The notes beneath the pieces are model-generated. The model was given only the letters and a program-made list of their open reading frames with translations. It was not told the origin of the DNA and did not search any database. From Phoronis australis (taxonomy: Eukaryota; Animalia; Phoronida), in contig NMRA01000071.1 in NCBI GenBank assembly GCA_002633005.1, positions 810,449 to 874,448 of the forward strand: a stretch of 64,000 nucleotides of DNA, in the 5' to 3' direction. How positions within the stretch are numbered: position 1 is the stretch's first letter; the number at the start of each line of letters is the position of its first letter. Below, one piece after another: positions 1 to 12,200 of this stretch. The position numbers and the translations under genes were made by a program.

Positions 1-202
1 GTACTTTTGACGTGTTGCCTTGTGGGCTGACTGTTAGTAGTTTAGTTTGTATTTAGAGGTGCTAAATCAAGGTACCTAAACTACACGGTCAACGGACTCA
101 TAAACACGGGGCACGAACGCATGAACACGACTCACAGACCTGCAAACACTGTCCCCTGACTCACAAACATGGAAACTAACTCACAAAACACGATCCACGC
201 AC

Positions 203-381
203 CCAAATACACGGGACACGGACTCATATTCAAGAGGAAACACGGTTAACGGACCGTCAAACATGGGTCATGGACTCATCGGCTTCCTGGGTCAGCTGAC
301 ATCTTCATTTTGTCCGTGACCCGTGTTTGACGGTCCATTAACCGTGTTTCCCCGTGAATATGAGTCTGTGTCCCTTGTGTT
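203..381. repeat. ~70-bp imperfect inverted repeat (foldback/MITE remnant)
   Basis: Arm ~203-274 (caaatacacgggacacggactcatattcaagaggaaacacggttaacggaccgtcaaacatgggtcatggac) is near reverse-complementary to ~312-381; preceded by short aacacgg/gactcac subrepeats. Confidence 0.7.
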
Positions 382-595
382 TGCTATGTAATTTATCGTG
401 TGGGTTTTATTGTTTTGGTATTGCCTAATTATTTTACTGATTATCTGTTGAGTGTTGGAAACATGATTTCACCTGACTGTTGCCACACAAGTCCATCTTC
501 TATGAAAAATGATGTTTTATTTAGACCACTTACCGTCAAATGAAACTGGTTTCCACTTATTGGTTACTCTCAGGATGAATAGTTCGTGGGTTTAA

Positions 596-1907
596 GGTTA
601 TCTCCAACCTGATTTAGTGGCCTCCATTCTATCTTGTATATCAAAAAAACTAAGCTTTGTCGACTAGTAAAAGTATATATTTTCTGAAAGAACAAAGACC
701 AGGAAATAAAAATATTCTTTTTATATTATGTTCCATTATTATTTTTACGTAAAAACCTTTTTTAAGTCAAAATTTCATTTTATGAAAGATACATACATAG
801 CAAAATAACCTCTCGGTCGATTTTAACGAAACCTTTTTTAAATGAAAACTTCACCTAACACTGTTAAGAATTTTGTATTTGAGTCTGTTTGGTTTCTACG
901 ACAAATCAACTCGCAAAACATAAGGTATTTTTGTAAAAAATTGAAGTTGTATTCGTCTTTTGTCACATTACGCAAAAACTAGGCCATTATGTCAAATATC
1001 CTAACAGCGTTTTTGAGATTGATGACTAAACATTAACTTAGGAAAGTTTCAGCGAAATCCATCGAGCCGTTTTTGAGAACTATTCCTAAGTTCAAATAAA
1101 GTCAATTTGCCGAAGCAGAGAAAAAGCTGATTAAACTGGGACAAGTGAAAATTTCAAAGATCTCGGTTAATTATTCGATGAAAACTTTTTTTCGGTAGAC
1201 GTAACCTTAACTAACGTACACTCGCAGTGTCAACTGATTTTGCAGTGCGTAACTAACTTAATTATCATTAAAACCTCATAGACTTATCATTCCCAGCCAA
1301 TTTTTATGTTATTTACAACCTACTTGCTAAGTAGGTCACAGCTCATTGCCTTTATACGTAACGTGCTGGGAGACTGATATGCAACCAAGTAAGAAATGGA
1401 TAACAAAAATCGAATCAGTGGTTAAAGTGTATCATTAGCATAAGATCGAAACATCGAAATGTCAACTTATTAATGGAATGAAGGAATTAGGGTGAGGAAT
1501 TTATTTCTTTTCAAAACTTGCTGTGTTCATGACTACAGAGGCCTGAGGCCACTCATGCCATTCATTTTCAACGCCATCGGTCGCACAACTCCCTTAGGAT
1601 AAAAAGGTACAGTTTGTCTTTGTTTTTCGCGGCGTCATTCTATCATAAGTACACCTCGTTGGCTCAATGTTATGGCGACTTTGTGAATGAAAGGACTGAG
1701 GGTATACGAAGATGTTCTGCACCTGGCGAAAGATTCGATTTAATTGAAAGCCCTTTGACCTTGGATAAGTAGTAAACAAATATCCACGCGGTTGTGCGGT
1801 TCCAAGGTGGTTCTGCTAAATCTTTTTTTTCTCGCTACGCCGTATGTATTTTGCAAGTGAAATATTGTAAAAATGGCCAATTTTTGTGAATAAGGTTTGA
1901 GATATCC
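596..1907. mobile_element. Non-autonomous TTAA-flanked DNA element (Kolobok-like)
   Basis: TTAA (592-595) GGTTATCTCCAACCT ... AGGTTTGAGATATCC TTAA (1908-1911): 15-bp TIR with 2 mismatches, TTAA flanks and purine-purine termini; no coding capacity seen. Confidence 0.6.
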
Positions 1908-1999
1908 TTAAGTAGCCTGGACTGTTGTGTATTGCTTAAGACCAGCATCCATGTGTAAAAAAGTGCTTGTGGTTGTCATTACTACAACAGGAATTATGG

Positions 2000-2085
2000 T
2001 CAACCTACTATTGACCTGTATTGACCTGTTGTTGACCTGTATTGACCTGTTGTTGACCTGTATTGACCTGCTGTTAACCTGTACT
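2000..2085. repeat. 21-bp minisatellite (attgacctgttgttgacctgt)
   Basis: About 4 tandem copies; explains the LLLTCID repeats of ORF 1927..2109. Confidence 0.85.
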
Positions 2086-2252
2086 TATAGTACCTTTCCG
2101 GATCCTTAGAAAACCGAAAAAACGACACGTCTGGGGTTGTCGTTATTTTTCATGGCGTATAAATGTCGGTACCATGCCTTTTGTTGAACGTGAGGTTGTT
2201 GTGCGTGCTCGTTTTATTGAATATTTATATATTTTCACGTTCGTTGACGTCA

Positions 2253-2320
2253 GCCACTGAGTGGTGCAGTTGTAAAGTCGACGACCTGAAACTCTTGCGG
2301 ATCGGGTTCGAAACTGGCCT
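2253..2320 (+). mobile_element. tRNA-derived SINE head (degenerate)
   Basis: A-box-like TGGTGCAGTTG (2262) and B-box-like GGGTTCGAAACT (2304) at tRNA-like spacing; no complete cloverleaf. Confidence 0.4.
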
Positions 2321-3274
2321 TGGTTTTCCGCCAAAATGTTATTTAACGCCGTTAGATATTAACTAAATGGGTTATTAAACGGTTATATTGGCCATTTAAG
2401 GCCGATATTGTGGTATAAGAAGTAATACCCCATATGACATTAAGTTATCTCATACGCTTCGAATTCCTGAGTTTCTCTCATTTTTTCGGCAGGGTTTCTA
2501 AATACTTCAATCAGACTGTTCATGTGGCGGATCACATCCTCTTGTAAAAGAACAGTTCTAAATGTAACGATTTATTGCTTGAAAAGAGATACATAAATAA
2601 ATATGAAAACAACGGTAACTGTGCTGTGAACTTGTTATGTCTCCTGAAAATAGTTAAAAAAACACAGTTACCGATGAATCGGCGCCTGAGTTTCAGACGA
2701 TATAATTTTTAGCAATGGAAAACTAAGACAGAAGTGTCATAATTAACAGTCCTGTTCCAGATGTTACGATTGGGACCTGAATGCATGTTGAGTGTTATTT
2801 ACACTCCTGCAATTGCATTATTGAAACTATTTTTGTGAAGTTTGATGATCGAACCGGCTAATGACGTCGAGTCGACATTGACCAAGCTTTTGAACTTTCC
2901 ATGTCAGAGGAAGTATTGTGGTAGGTTAGTATGGAAAACATTATTACATGACCGTATTGCACTCGACTGATTCAATGTGTATGAGATAATGGTCATCGCA
3001 TGGCATACTTCATGTAGAAGCTCTTTTGTGGGCTGAAATTCTGTTATGGGATATGAGCCCCAACCATGCATAATCCTATACCAGTGCTTTGAGCTCCAGA
3101 GGTATTCTTAACACATGGATGACTATACTTGAAAGTTATCTGGCGCAGAATAAGGTCAAAGTGCTGAACATTGTGCAGTGGTTGTGTTTTATTGGAATTT
3201 AAATTCCATTCATTAATCAATGCTGGGACTACTAGGTACAGATTCAACTTGAGACCAGACCATGGTTATTTTAG

Positions 3275-6200
3275 GTTATTTGAAGTACTTGGTTGGACAA
3301 AATGTGGATGGCCTACACCTCAGATCTGGTTTCCCTAGAAACAGAATGTCGGAGCTCCATGGCAACATGTTTGTTGAAGAGTGTGACAAGTGCTGTACTC
3401 AGGTACTGTAACCAACAAACTGTCTTAAACATGAAACTGTCTTTATTTACAAATTTGACCATGCTATTGTCATGCATAGTTTTAGTGCTGAAAATATCGG
3501 CACTGTTTACAGTCTTATCTGCCGAGGAAGGCACTGCTTGTTAAAGTTAAGTGATCAATCCACAGGCTTAGCACTGAAACCTGTGAGACTGACAGCATCT
3601 GTGAGGTTTGTAACACCAGTTGGTCTACGTGAGACTGACACAATCTGAGATTTGTAACACCAGTAAGGCCTACGTGAGACTGACTGAATCTGGGAAATTT
3701 TTATCACCAGTAAGGTCTACGTGAGACAGACACAATCTGAGANTTTACAGTCTTATCTGCCGAGGAAGGCACTGCTTGTTAAAGTTAAGTGATCAATCCA
3801 CAGGCTTAGCACTGAAACCTGTGAGACTGACAGCATCTGTGAGGTTTGTAACACCAGTTGGTCTACGTGAGACTGACACAATCTGAGATTTGTAACACCA
3901 GTAAGGCCTACGTGAGACTGACTGAATCTGGGAAATTTTTATCACCAGTAAGGTCTACGTGAGACAGACACAATCTGAGATTTGTAACACCAGCATACTG
4001 GTCTACGTGAGACTGACACAATCTGATATTTGTAACACCAGTAGGCCTACGTAAAACTGACGCAATCTGTGAGATTTATAACACCAGTAGATCTAAGTGA
4101 GACTGACACAATCTGATATTTGTAACACCAGTAGGCCTACGTAAAACTGACGCAATCTGTGAGATTTGCAACACCAGTAGGTCTAGGTGAGACTGACACA
4201 ATCTGAGATTTGTAATTCCAGCAGTCCCTGATGAGATTCAAATGAAGCAAGCTTGACGATTTATAGAATGTGGACACAACTGTTAAAAATTTCACATCTG
4301 CCAGTCAGCAAAAGTTGCAATGAACAATGGATTTTTCATCAATTAACTCAGGTTGCATAATACAAAACAAACAGATGGATTCAGTAAAGTCCCACCGCAT
4401 TTTTTCAAGATGAAAATTGCAAGTAGCTTACAAGCACCGTATGGTAAATTCTAGGCCAGAAAGCATTACATTTTGCTGTTTTAATTTGAAAATTGACTTA
4501 GTAAGAACAAAGTGGATCAAACTTTGTTTTCTGTACAACACCTTGATACAAATAAAAGTGTAAGGTTTTGTCACTTCTCGTCTCAGTGACCAATGGTAAT
4601 TTCAACTCCATTTGTGCATCAGGACATTTAACACCAGCATGAGATGATACAAATAAGATTGTTGAATTTCATCGACACTCGTCAAGCTCGATTATCAGTT
4701 TTATTCTTTTAGTGGTTGAAAGAGAAGTGCTTGAGGTCGTCAAGTTCATTGCGCAAAGCTTGAACTTCTGCCATTACCAGCTCCTCATTGGTTGGAGTTT
4801 CCGAAAGGCGTCTCTTCTCTTTGTTGTATTCAAACTTAAGTTTCCTCAGACGCTTGAGAAATTGTGTGTTCCGCACAATTTTAGTTTTGCCTTTTTCCTG
4901 CTCTATATATATGTCAAGCCAGTAGCCAATCAAATCATTGCATGGAACGATGGAACTGGCTATTAAATAAGTTGCATACTTGGCACTTATTTTGATCATG
5001 GTTTTCTTTTCCTCTCTGAGTTCATCCATTTCATCGTCCAAAATTTTCAGGATTGCCTCAGGGCATGCTCTTTCTTCTCTTTGAGATTTTTGTCGAACGT
5101 CTCGCATCGTGTCATTTCCAGAATATTCTGATTTGTGTACAGTATGTGTGTGATATTTACTGTTATCTCCATACATGGAACTTGTAAAGCCAGTACTATG
5201 TGACAGTTTTGGAACAGTTTGGTTTACAGTGTGGGTGTGGCCAAGACCAGCTGTTACATGTTCCATGCAATGTGTCTGGGTACACATTTTCGGTGACAGT
5301 GACAGGCCCTGTTGAGCCAATTCAGCACTCTCAGATTGGCGATCCTGTTCATACCGTGACAAATTAACACTCTTTGTTTGTGTCTCATGTTTTTCCTCCA
5401 ATACCTGCAGCTGAACTTCTATGCGCTTTAAAGCGTTAGCCAATGGACGACTCACATTCCTAATAACTTTGTGTACCTCATGCATAATGATGGTGTTGTT
5501 CACTTTGTGATGCACCATGCTGTTTGTCCGACCAAATAGTCGATCTGTTTCTGCTGCCTCTCTCTTCCATCTTTTCGAGCACTTTTCAATGCGCTCATCA
5601 GTTATACCCAAATCTTTGTAGCATTCAAGGACACCTCTGGCTGCATTGTTGTTAAAGCAGAAGACATTCTGATCGTTTGCTTTTATTCTTATTTTTTTCT
5701 CCTTGAACATTGAGTTTAATGTTGCTATCATCTTGCCAATATTGGTGGATGTCGAGCGAGCGTGTGTGAAACAGAAAACAATATTGTCTGCTGCAGAAGT
5801 TGGCAATAATGCTAGTAATTCCTGTAAACAGTATTGTTTCATTGCACTTACTCTGGCGGTGCCTTTCATTACTATGAACACACCGTGGATTTCTCGATAA
5901 TGACAGAGATGTGAGAGAATACTGTCTAATATCTTCCTGTCCTCTTGATGCCCCTTGGTGTCACCAATACCGGGAGTGTCTATCAGTCGAATGTTGTGGT
6001 CTCCCACGTGCACCACCGACACCAACACCTCCCGTGTAGCCACATATCCAGTGTTAAACTGATAAGAGGTCTTTGATGCCATAAACTTAGAGTCATTTTG
6101 TGAATTCATGGCAGCTCTCAAATCTTCAAACTCCAAATAGCTGGCAAAGCTGCGAATCAAAGTTGACTTTCCAACCCCTATTTCTCCCAGAACCATAACA

Positions 6201-9200
6201 TTCATTTCCTTCATCCTACCTTCAGGCAGTAGTTCGTCACGTAGATACTCGTCTGGGTACTGCACGTAGTCGAGACCATGTACGCCTTCATCGCATCGGA
6301 ATCCTGTTGACGCTGGGACAAACTCCCCACACTGACACTGGAGAGTGAATGTCTTCAGTCTGTACTGGACCACTTTCTTGCACTTTTCACATGCCCATGT
6401 GGCAGGCTTTACTGTGCATCCAAAGGATTTGGGACATCTGACATACAGCCATGCATTTCCTGCTTCTATATATCTGAATGGCTTTGTGCGGCTGTGTACA
6501 ACCAGACACAGCTGATTAATATCTTCATTACATCCAAAGTTGTTGCTGCACTTACTTTTCACCAGTTGCTGTAGGGAGACAAGCTCTGACTTGAGGATAT
6601 CACTTGGATATTTGATGTACATCAAGCCATGCACCTGTTCATTACACCTATACACAGATTCAGTCGGGGTTGACTGACCACATTTGCAATAGAACTTCTC
6701 AGTCTCCAGTCCAAACTCGACGGTTTCCTTGCATTTTCTACACTGCCATGTCTTGGTAGTGCATGGACACTGCAGGTGACCAGAAATGGAACTTGGACAT
6801 TTTAGTTTGGCCTTTGTCCTCTGACGTGGGTAATGTTGGCAGTAAATTGGCTCATGGTGTTTTATCAGGCACATACCAGCTTCACCTTTCTCTTTTGTGT
6901 ACAAATCAGCACAAGTGTTTGTTCCATTTTCAAATACTGCAATTCTTGGTTCTACATGTTCCGACTGCCAAAGGTCGGTTCGTATTTTCTCATCCACAAC
7001 TGCAAACATTGTGTCTTTTGGATGAGTGCTTAGTTTCTGCCACTGCAAAAAAAATTCTTGCACTTTCATCACTTGGTTTGTGCTCTCCTTTGGTTTGTAG
7101 AAGACGTATGCTAATGGGGCTGTACTGGGTACAAATTGATCTTTCTTTCCCAAGTACTCAATTCCTATGTTTTTCCAGTCTTGTGATTCGCTGACTTGGT
7201 TTAAGTCACTCTGGAACTTGGTAAGCTGTTCTTCATACTTGGCAAAGCTGGCTTGATGTGGCGCTTGAGTGGCCAAATGATCAAGTTCAAAAACTTGTGT
7301 TTCTCCGCGGCGTATTTTGGTGATTATTTCATGGAGGTTGCTTCTGTATATGGCTGTTTCTTCTGAAATTTGACCTACATAGTCATCTATAGCATCCAAT
7401 GTGTTGTCTGGTACAAGATGGCCTGAGTCTTGTAAATCTCTCTGGATGTCATACAGCCTTTGGGTTTTCTTTCTCATCCTTTCAAATGTTTGAGATGCTT
7501 TTGCTATCGTCTCTTCCTTTACTGACTCAAACGTTATTTCCAGTATGATATCTTGTTTGCAAATCTTGGCCACAGCTTCTAGTGGCATCATGGTATAAGA
7601 TTGAGGAACTCCCTTCCCGTCGTTCTGTTCTTTCACCACACTTGGGATGCTCCTAGCAAGTGCCACGGCTCCTTCAAATGTAGTAGGAATGTCATCTTTT
7701 GATGATACATCAGACGTGCACTTAAATGTAAACTTGACATTCGTTTCTGTATCAGTGGCTCCAGCGTTTACTTTCCCAGAGGCACTTGAGGAGATTAACC
7801 ATTTGAGTGCTTCAAGTTTGCCTGATATGGTCCCACTGGTTGATGTTTCATCTTTGTTTTCGTTGTCAGACGACTCGCATGTTATGGAACAGGTAGCGCC
7901 CCATTCAGTTGCAACAACCACGTGGGTGGCAGTCAGATCGCCTCTTTGAACAGCTACTAGGACACTTGGGTCAACATTTTCCTGATGGCGTCTGATGGTG
8001 TACTTGTCGTGTGCTGTTCTAATCTTGTATATAAGACTCATTTGTTGTGAGCGTGCACTCTTCTTTGTGTCTGTCAAGTAAGACAAGGAACCACTGCCAC
8101 TTAGAAAGCCTCCCATGATACTAAGCTTGAGTTCTCCTTCAATGCCAAATTTGTTGAGTTTCTCTTCTAAGCTGTCTGACTGAACTAGCACGATGCTAGC
8201 ACTGCCTAAGTCTGTGTGTTCAACGTCTTCACTAGAAACTGCCGTTCGTAGCAATGAGTCGCACTGAAATGACAAGTGGATTATTTATCACAAACTACAG
8301 TCATTTTCATGTATTATGGTCAAAAGATAGCCCAGTGACCCCACTGTTGTTCTTGTCAAAGAAGAGTTTGACCATAGAAGAGGATTCGTGTTCCCATGTC
8401 TCATACAGTCGTAGCTGATATGGGCGTTTTACTGATTGTACAGTCAGTCAGCTGTACACATTACAGGCAACTTGAAATTGTGCACAGGTTAGGAATAGAG
8501 TGAAAGTAATTACTGACATTTTGTATCAGCCTTCCAACATTTGTTTTGAGAAATTTCGCACAGTTAAGTGAGTAATGTTGCAGGGTTAAGTGGATATTGT
8601 GCAAAGAGTTAAATGTACATTATGCACAGAGTTACGTGGGTATTGTGCGCAGAGCTAAGTGGGTATTGTGCCTAGAGTTACGTAGGTATTGTGTGCAAAG
8701 TTAAGCGGATATTTTGTTTAGAGTTAAATGGGTTAATTGTGTGGGTATTGTGGGTAGAGTTAAGTGGATATTATGCACAGAATTAAGTAGGTATTGTGCT
8801 CAGAGTTAAGTAGGTATCCTGCTCAAAGTTAAGCAGATATTGTGTTTAGAGTTAAGTGGGTTAATTGGGTGCAGAGTTTTAACACTTAAAAGTGGATATT
8901 GTGTATGGAGGTAAGTGGGTATTGTGTGTAGAGTTAGGTGAGTATTGGGTGCAGATTTAAGTGGGCTGTGAGGGAGGAATTATATGCCACAAATTTGTTT
9001 TAAATTAATCATTATTGTGTCAGTTTTGTTATTGAGCTAACAGTTTCCATTTCAACCAGTGCAACGCCATTTACTCAGCTATGGGAAATATGTGGTTGCT
9101 CAGATATTTGGGTTCTAAAGTGCCAATTTCTCAACATTAGGGCTCAAGTTGTTATTTTGCAGAAAATCACTGAGATGTTTTTTAAGATTAGCAACACTTA

Positions 9201-12200
9201 ACCTGTTCTTGCTACTTTTCCTTAATATTGGTTTCTTAACATTATGTACAGTTACTAATGAAACTCATTGTCTGTCTTATGGAAACATTCCAAAAGTAAA
9301 ACAGTCCTGCTATTTCTATGATTATTATAGCACATATTTAATGTTGTGTGTCCTGATTTAGCAAGTTAAACTAATTACCACAAAACTCTCCGTTCTGACA
9401 TCGTACAAGTCACCGATGGTGGCCACCCTGTCCAGTGCTGCACGTGTTATCACTGCCTGAGACATAGTCTGTCTTTCTCTCTAAACCTTTAAAACACAAC
9501 CAGACACTTGTTTTATTATGAAATACATTTCTGATGCATTTTGCTTTAATCAAACACTTGCTTTTAAATCCTTTAAAGTGGCCTGGAACGCGTTAAATGA
9601 ACTAAAATGCAGTATTGAAAGTGGTTCACTGCCACTGAAACAGAGTTCAACGTCCTCGGCAGATATTTTTAGTTTTTATGTCAATATTTTAGATAAGTTT
9701 CTTTTGTTATCAAAGCATTTTTTTAGTTTCAAATTTCAAAAAATAAACGTTCTTTTAACAGCTCACCAATTCGTTGATTTTTATCCAAGGCAAGGCACGT
9801 CTCATTTGGATTGGCAAGAAGTTGACACGCCACATTTCCCTTATGGGTAAAATGTGACCTTTGACCACAAGCGACTTTAAGCAAGTGACTGTCTACACAT
9901 GCAGTGGGAGGTAGATCTGAAACTCTTTGCTCGTATTTCAAAGACCGTGAATTTTGTGATTTTTTCTGGAAATTTCCTCACAGGGGAAAGTAAATTACTC
10001 TTTAATAGACGTTGTGAGATGTAGTTTTGTTAGGAATTGGTTTAAAAGATATTTTTGATGAGCTTTCACGTTCCATACCTCTTTAAGGTAACACAATATT
10101 GAGTATGCTTGTTAAAGTAGGCATAGATATCTGCTGGTTCTGACCAAGAAAAGAATTTTAATTTAGACTGGGTGTAATAGTGTCTGTAACAGGCCCAGAT
10201 CAGTGGCTGTAATAGGCCCAGATCAGTGCCAGTAATAGGTCCATGTCAGTGGCTGTAATAGGCCCAGATCATTGCCAGTAATAGGTCCATGTCAGTGGCT
10301 GTAATAGGCCCAGATCAGTGGCTGTAATAGGCCCAGACCAGAGGGTGTAATATACCCAGATCAGTGCCATAATAGACCCATATCAGTGACTGTTGTAATT
10401 TGTTGAGGGTTAAAGTCTCCCCCTGTAACCTTCTATCATCACCACTTTCACTGTTGTGCCATCCCCTTGGTGGTAGTGCGCATCACTGACAATATGGAGT
10501 GAACGGTCTAACCAGACTATATAAAGAAATCACTAAAGTTAACAGAAGGGGTGATAATTACTCCCTCCTCTCCTGATTTCTCCTTCTTGGGCTTCCGATG
10601 GTATCAAAATCCTTTCAGTGGGGCTATTCGGAAAATTCTCTTTGCGGTGTCGCTGCTGTACTAGCGGTGAGTGAATTGCGCATGCATCGCTGTCTGCATG
10701 TAAACAGCTGGTAAAAAGAGGGATTGTTATCAAAATACGTCGTCGCGCTAAGCCTTATTATTGCTATTTTCCGTGGTGCAAGTCTTCGACAGGTGGTCAC
10801 AAATTCATAAAAGACCTATAGTTACTACATTCGTGGAGAACTGCAGTCAATAGGGTCAACCAACTGACAAAGTGTGGATGGCAAAGCCCCATTGGGAGAC
10901 TACGTAATGTTACTTGGTAAGTTTTTAGCAATCATGTTTCTATTGACATCGTTCGGTGATGTTATCCCCACCAGTTACCCCACTGAATAACAGGTTTATT
11001 GAATGGAACTAAGTGTTTCTTTTAGAAAACTCACCAGGGACTCTGATGCCGGGTAGGACAGCAGCACATATTCACGTATTGTCTCGGGTGGGAATGCACC
11101 CAATTTAAGAGATTATGGTACGTGAAGAAGTCAGGGGTGACTTTTTTCACAGCAGTTTCTCTTCAAAGCTATGCTATGTCCAATAAAATTCTCTAGATGA
11201 GTGAGTTTCCTTATTGTATTGCAGACCCCATCCCCAGGACTACCAGATTAACTACTGAATTAATATGAATAAGCTATTCAGTAAACGTCGTAACATTGCA
11301 CTGGAATAAAAATTGACACCTAGAATGAATGTTACTCGTTGAGGTCAGAAGCACGTTTTGTTTAACCACTTTTAGCCTGTTTCACATATTTTAATCCAGA
11401 TCTTAAATAAGACTTGGGTTCAAAGATTATTAGTTTCTACTTATCAAGGCTTGGAATTTTCCGCGGAAACGCAGATTTCCTGTTTTTTCAAATGTTCTGT
11501 CTGCGTATTTTATTGTATTTCTGCGTAAAAAATCAGATTTGATATAAAATTTCCACGGCAATTTTCTTTCTTACCGCGGCGTTGCCGGCGACTTTCACCT
11601 CAAAAAGCGGAAGTTGCTCTTTATGTTTCGGAGGAACGTAAATTGTCAACATTGCCGGGGCATCTGGGATAGCGTGGTGGATTTTTCAATGGCGACTTGT
11701 GTGATTGCAAACCGTGGTGACAAATACTAGGACTCTGCAGCCAAAAATGTATGGAGGTGGGAGTGGACAGATGAGCTAAAAAGACACAGAAGCATGCTTC
11801 TCTGGGGGTGGTACCATTTTTTTTTAGTCCTCCCGAGTTTTGTCAGCAAAAGGTCCACATCAACTATTTCAAGGCTGGGAAGCGTGCATGTTTTGGGCCG
11901 TAAAAATTTCCACTTTTTTGTCATTGATCATTCCAAGCCCTAACATGTAAACATGAAGATGAAACGTCAAGTATGTTCTGCCTTACTAAAGTATTTTGTC
12001 TTGTTTTTTGTTCTATAATTTGCTAATATTCCTCTGACTATTCTGTTACAGGTGAGAAAATGACTGAAACCAGCTGCCTGACCTTTGGACAAAGTGAAAA
12101 GCAATTCTTCAGGGCCTTGACATGCCTGATTATGGACTCCTTTGCATGGGAATATTACAATTGTTTTTAACAATGTTGTTTCTTTGTATGTATGTGGTTG

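Noticed and set aside
2253-2320. Functional tRNA gene
   Set aside because: A/B boxes are present but acceptor and anticodon stems cannot be formed; treated as a SINE relic.
3506-3980. Exact 237-bp tandem duplication (3506-3742 = 3744-3980)
   Set aside because: The copies abut a single N at 3743; typical unmerged contig overlap, so probably an assembly artefact.
4228-4255. CUGAUGA hammerhead-like start
   Set aside because: No GAAA box after the putative stem II.
4712-7949. Plus-strand ORFs overlapping the toxin-GTPase exon
   Set aside because: Antisense shadows of a long coding exon.
8264-8275. ORF-track start MSFQ for the 1188-aa ORF
   Set aside because: The start is TTG within the acceptor sequence; the real N-terminus comes from exon 9465-9379.
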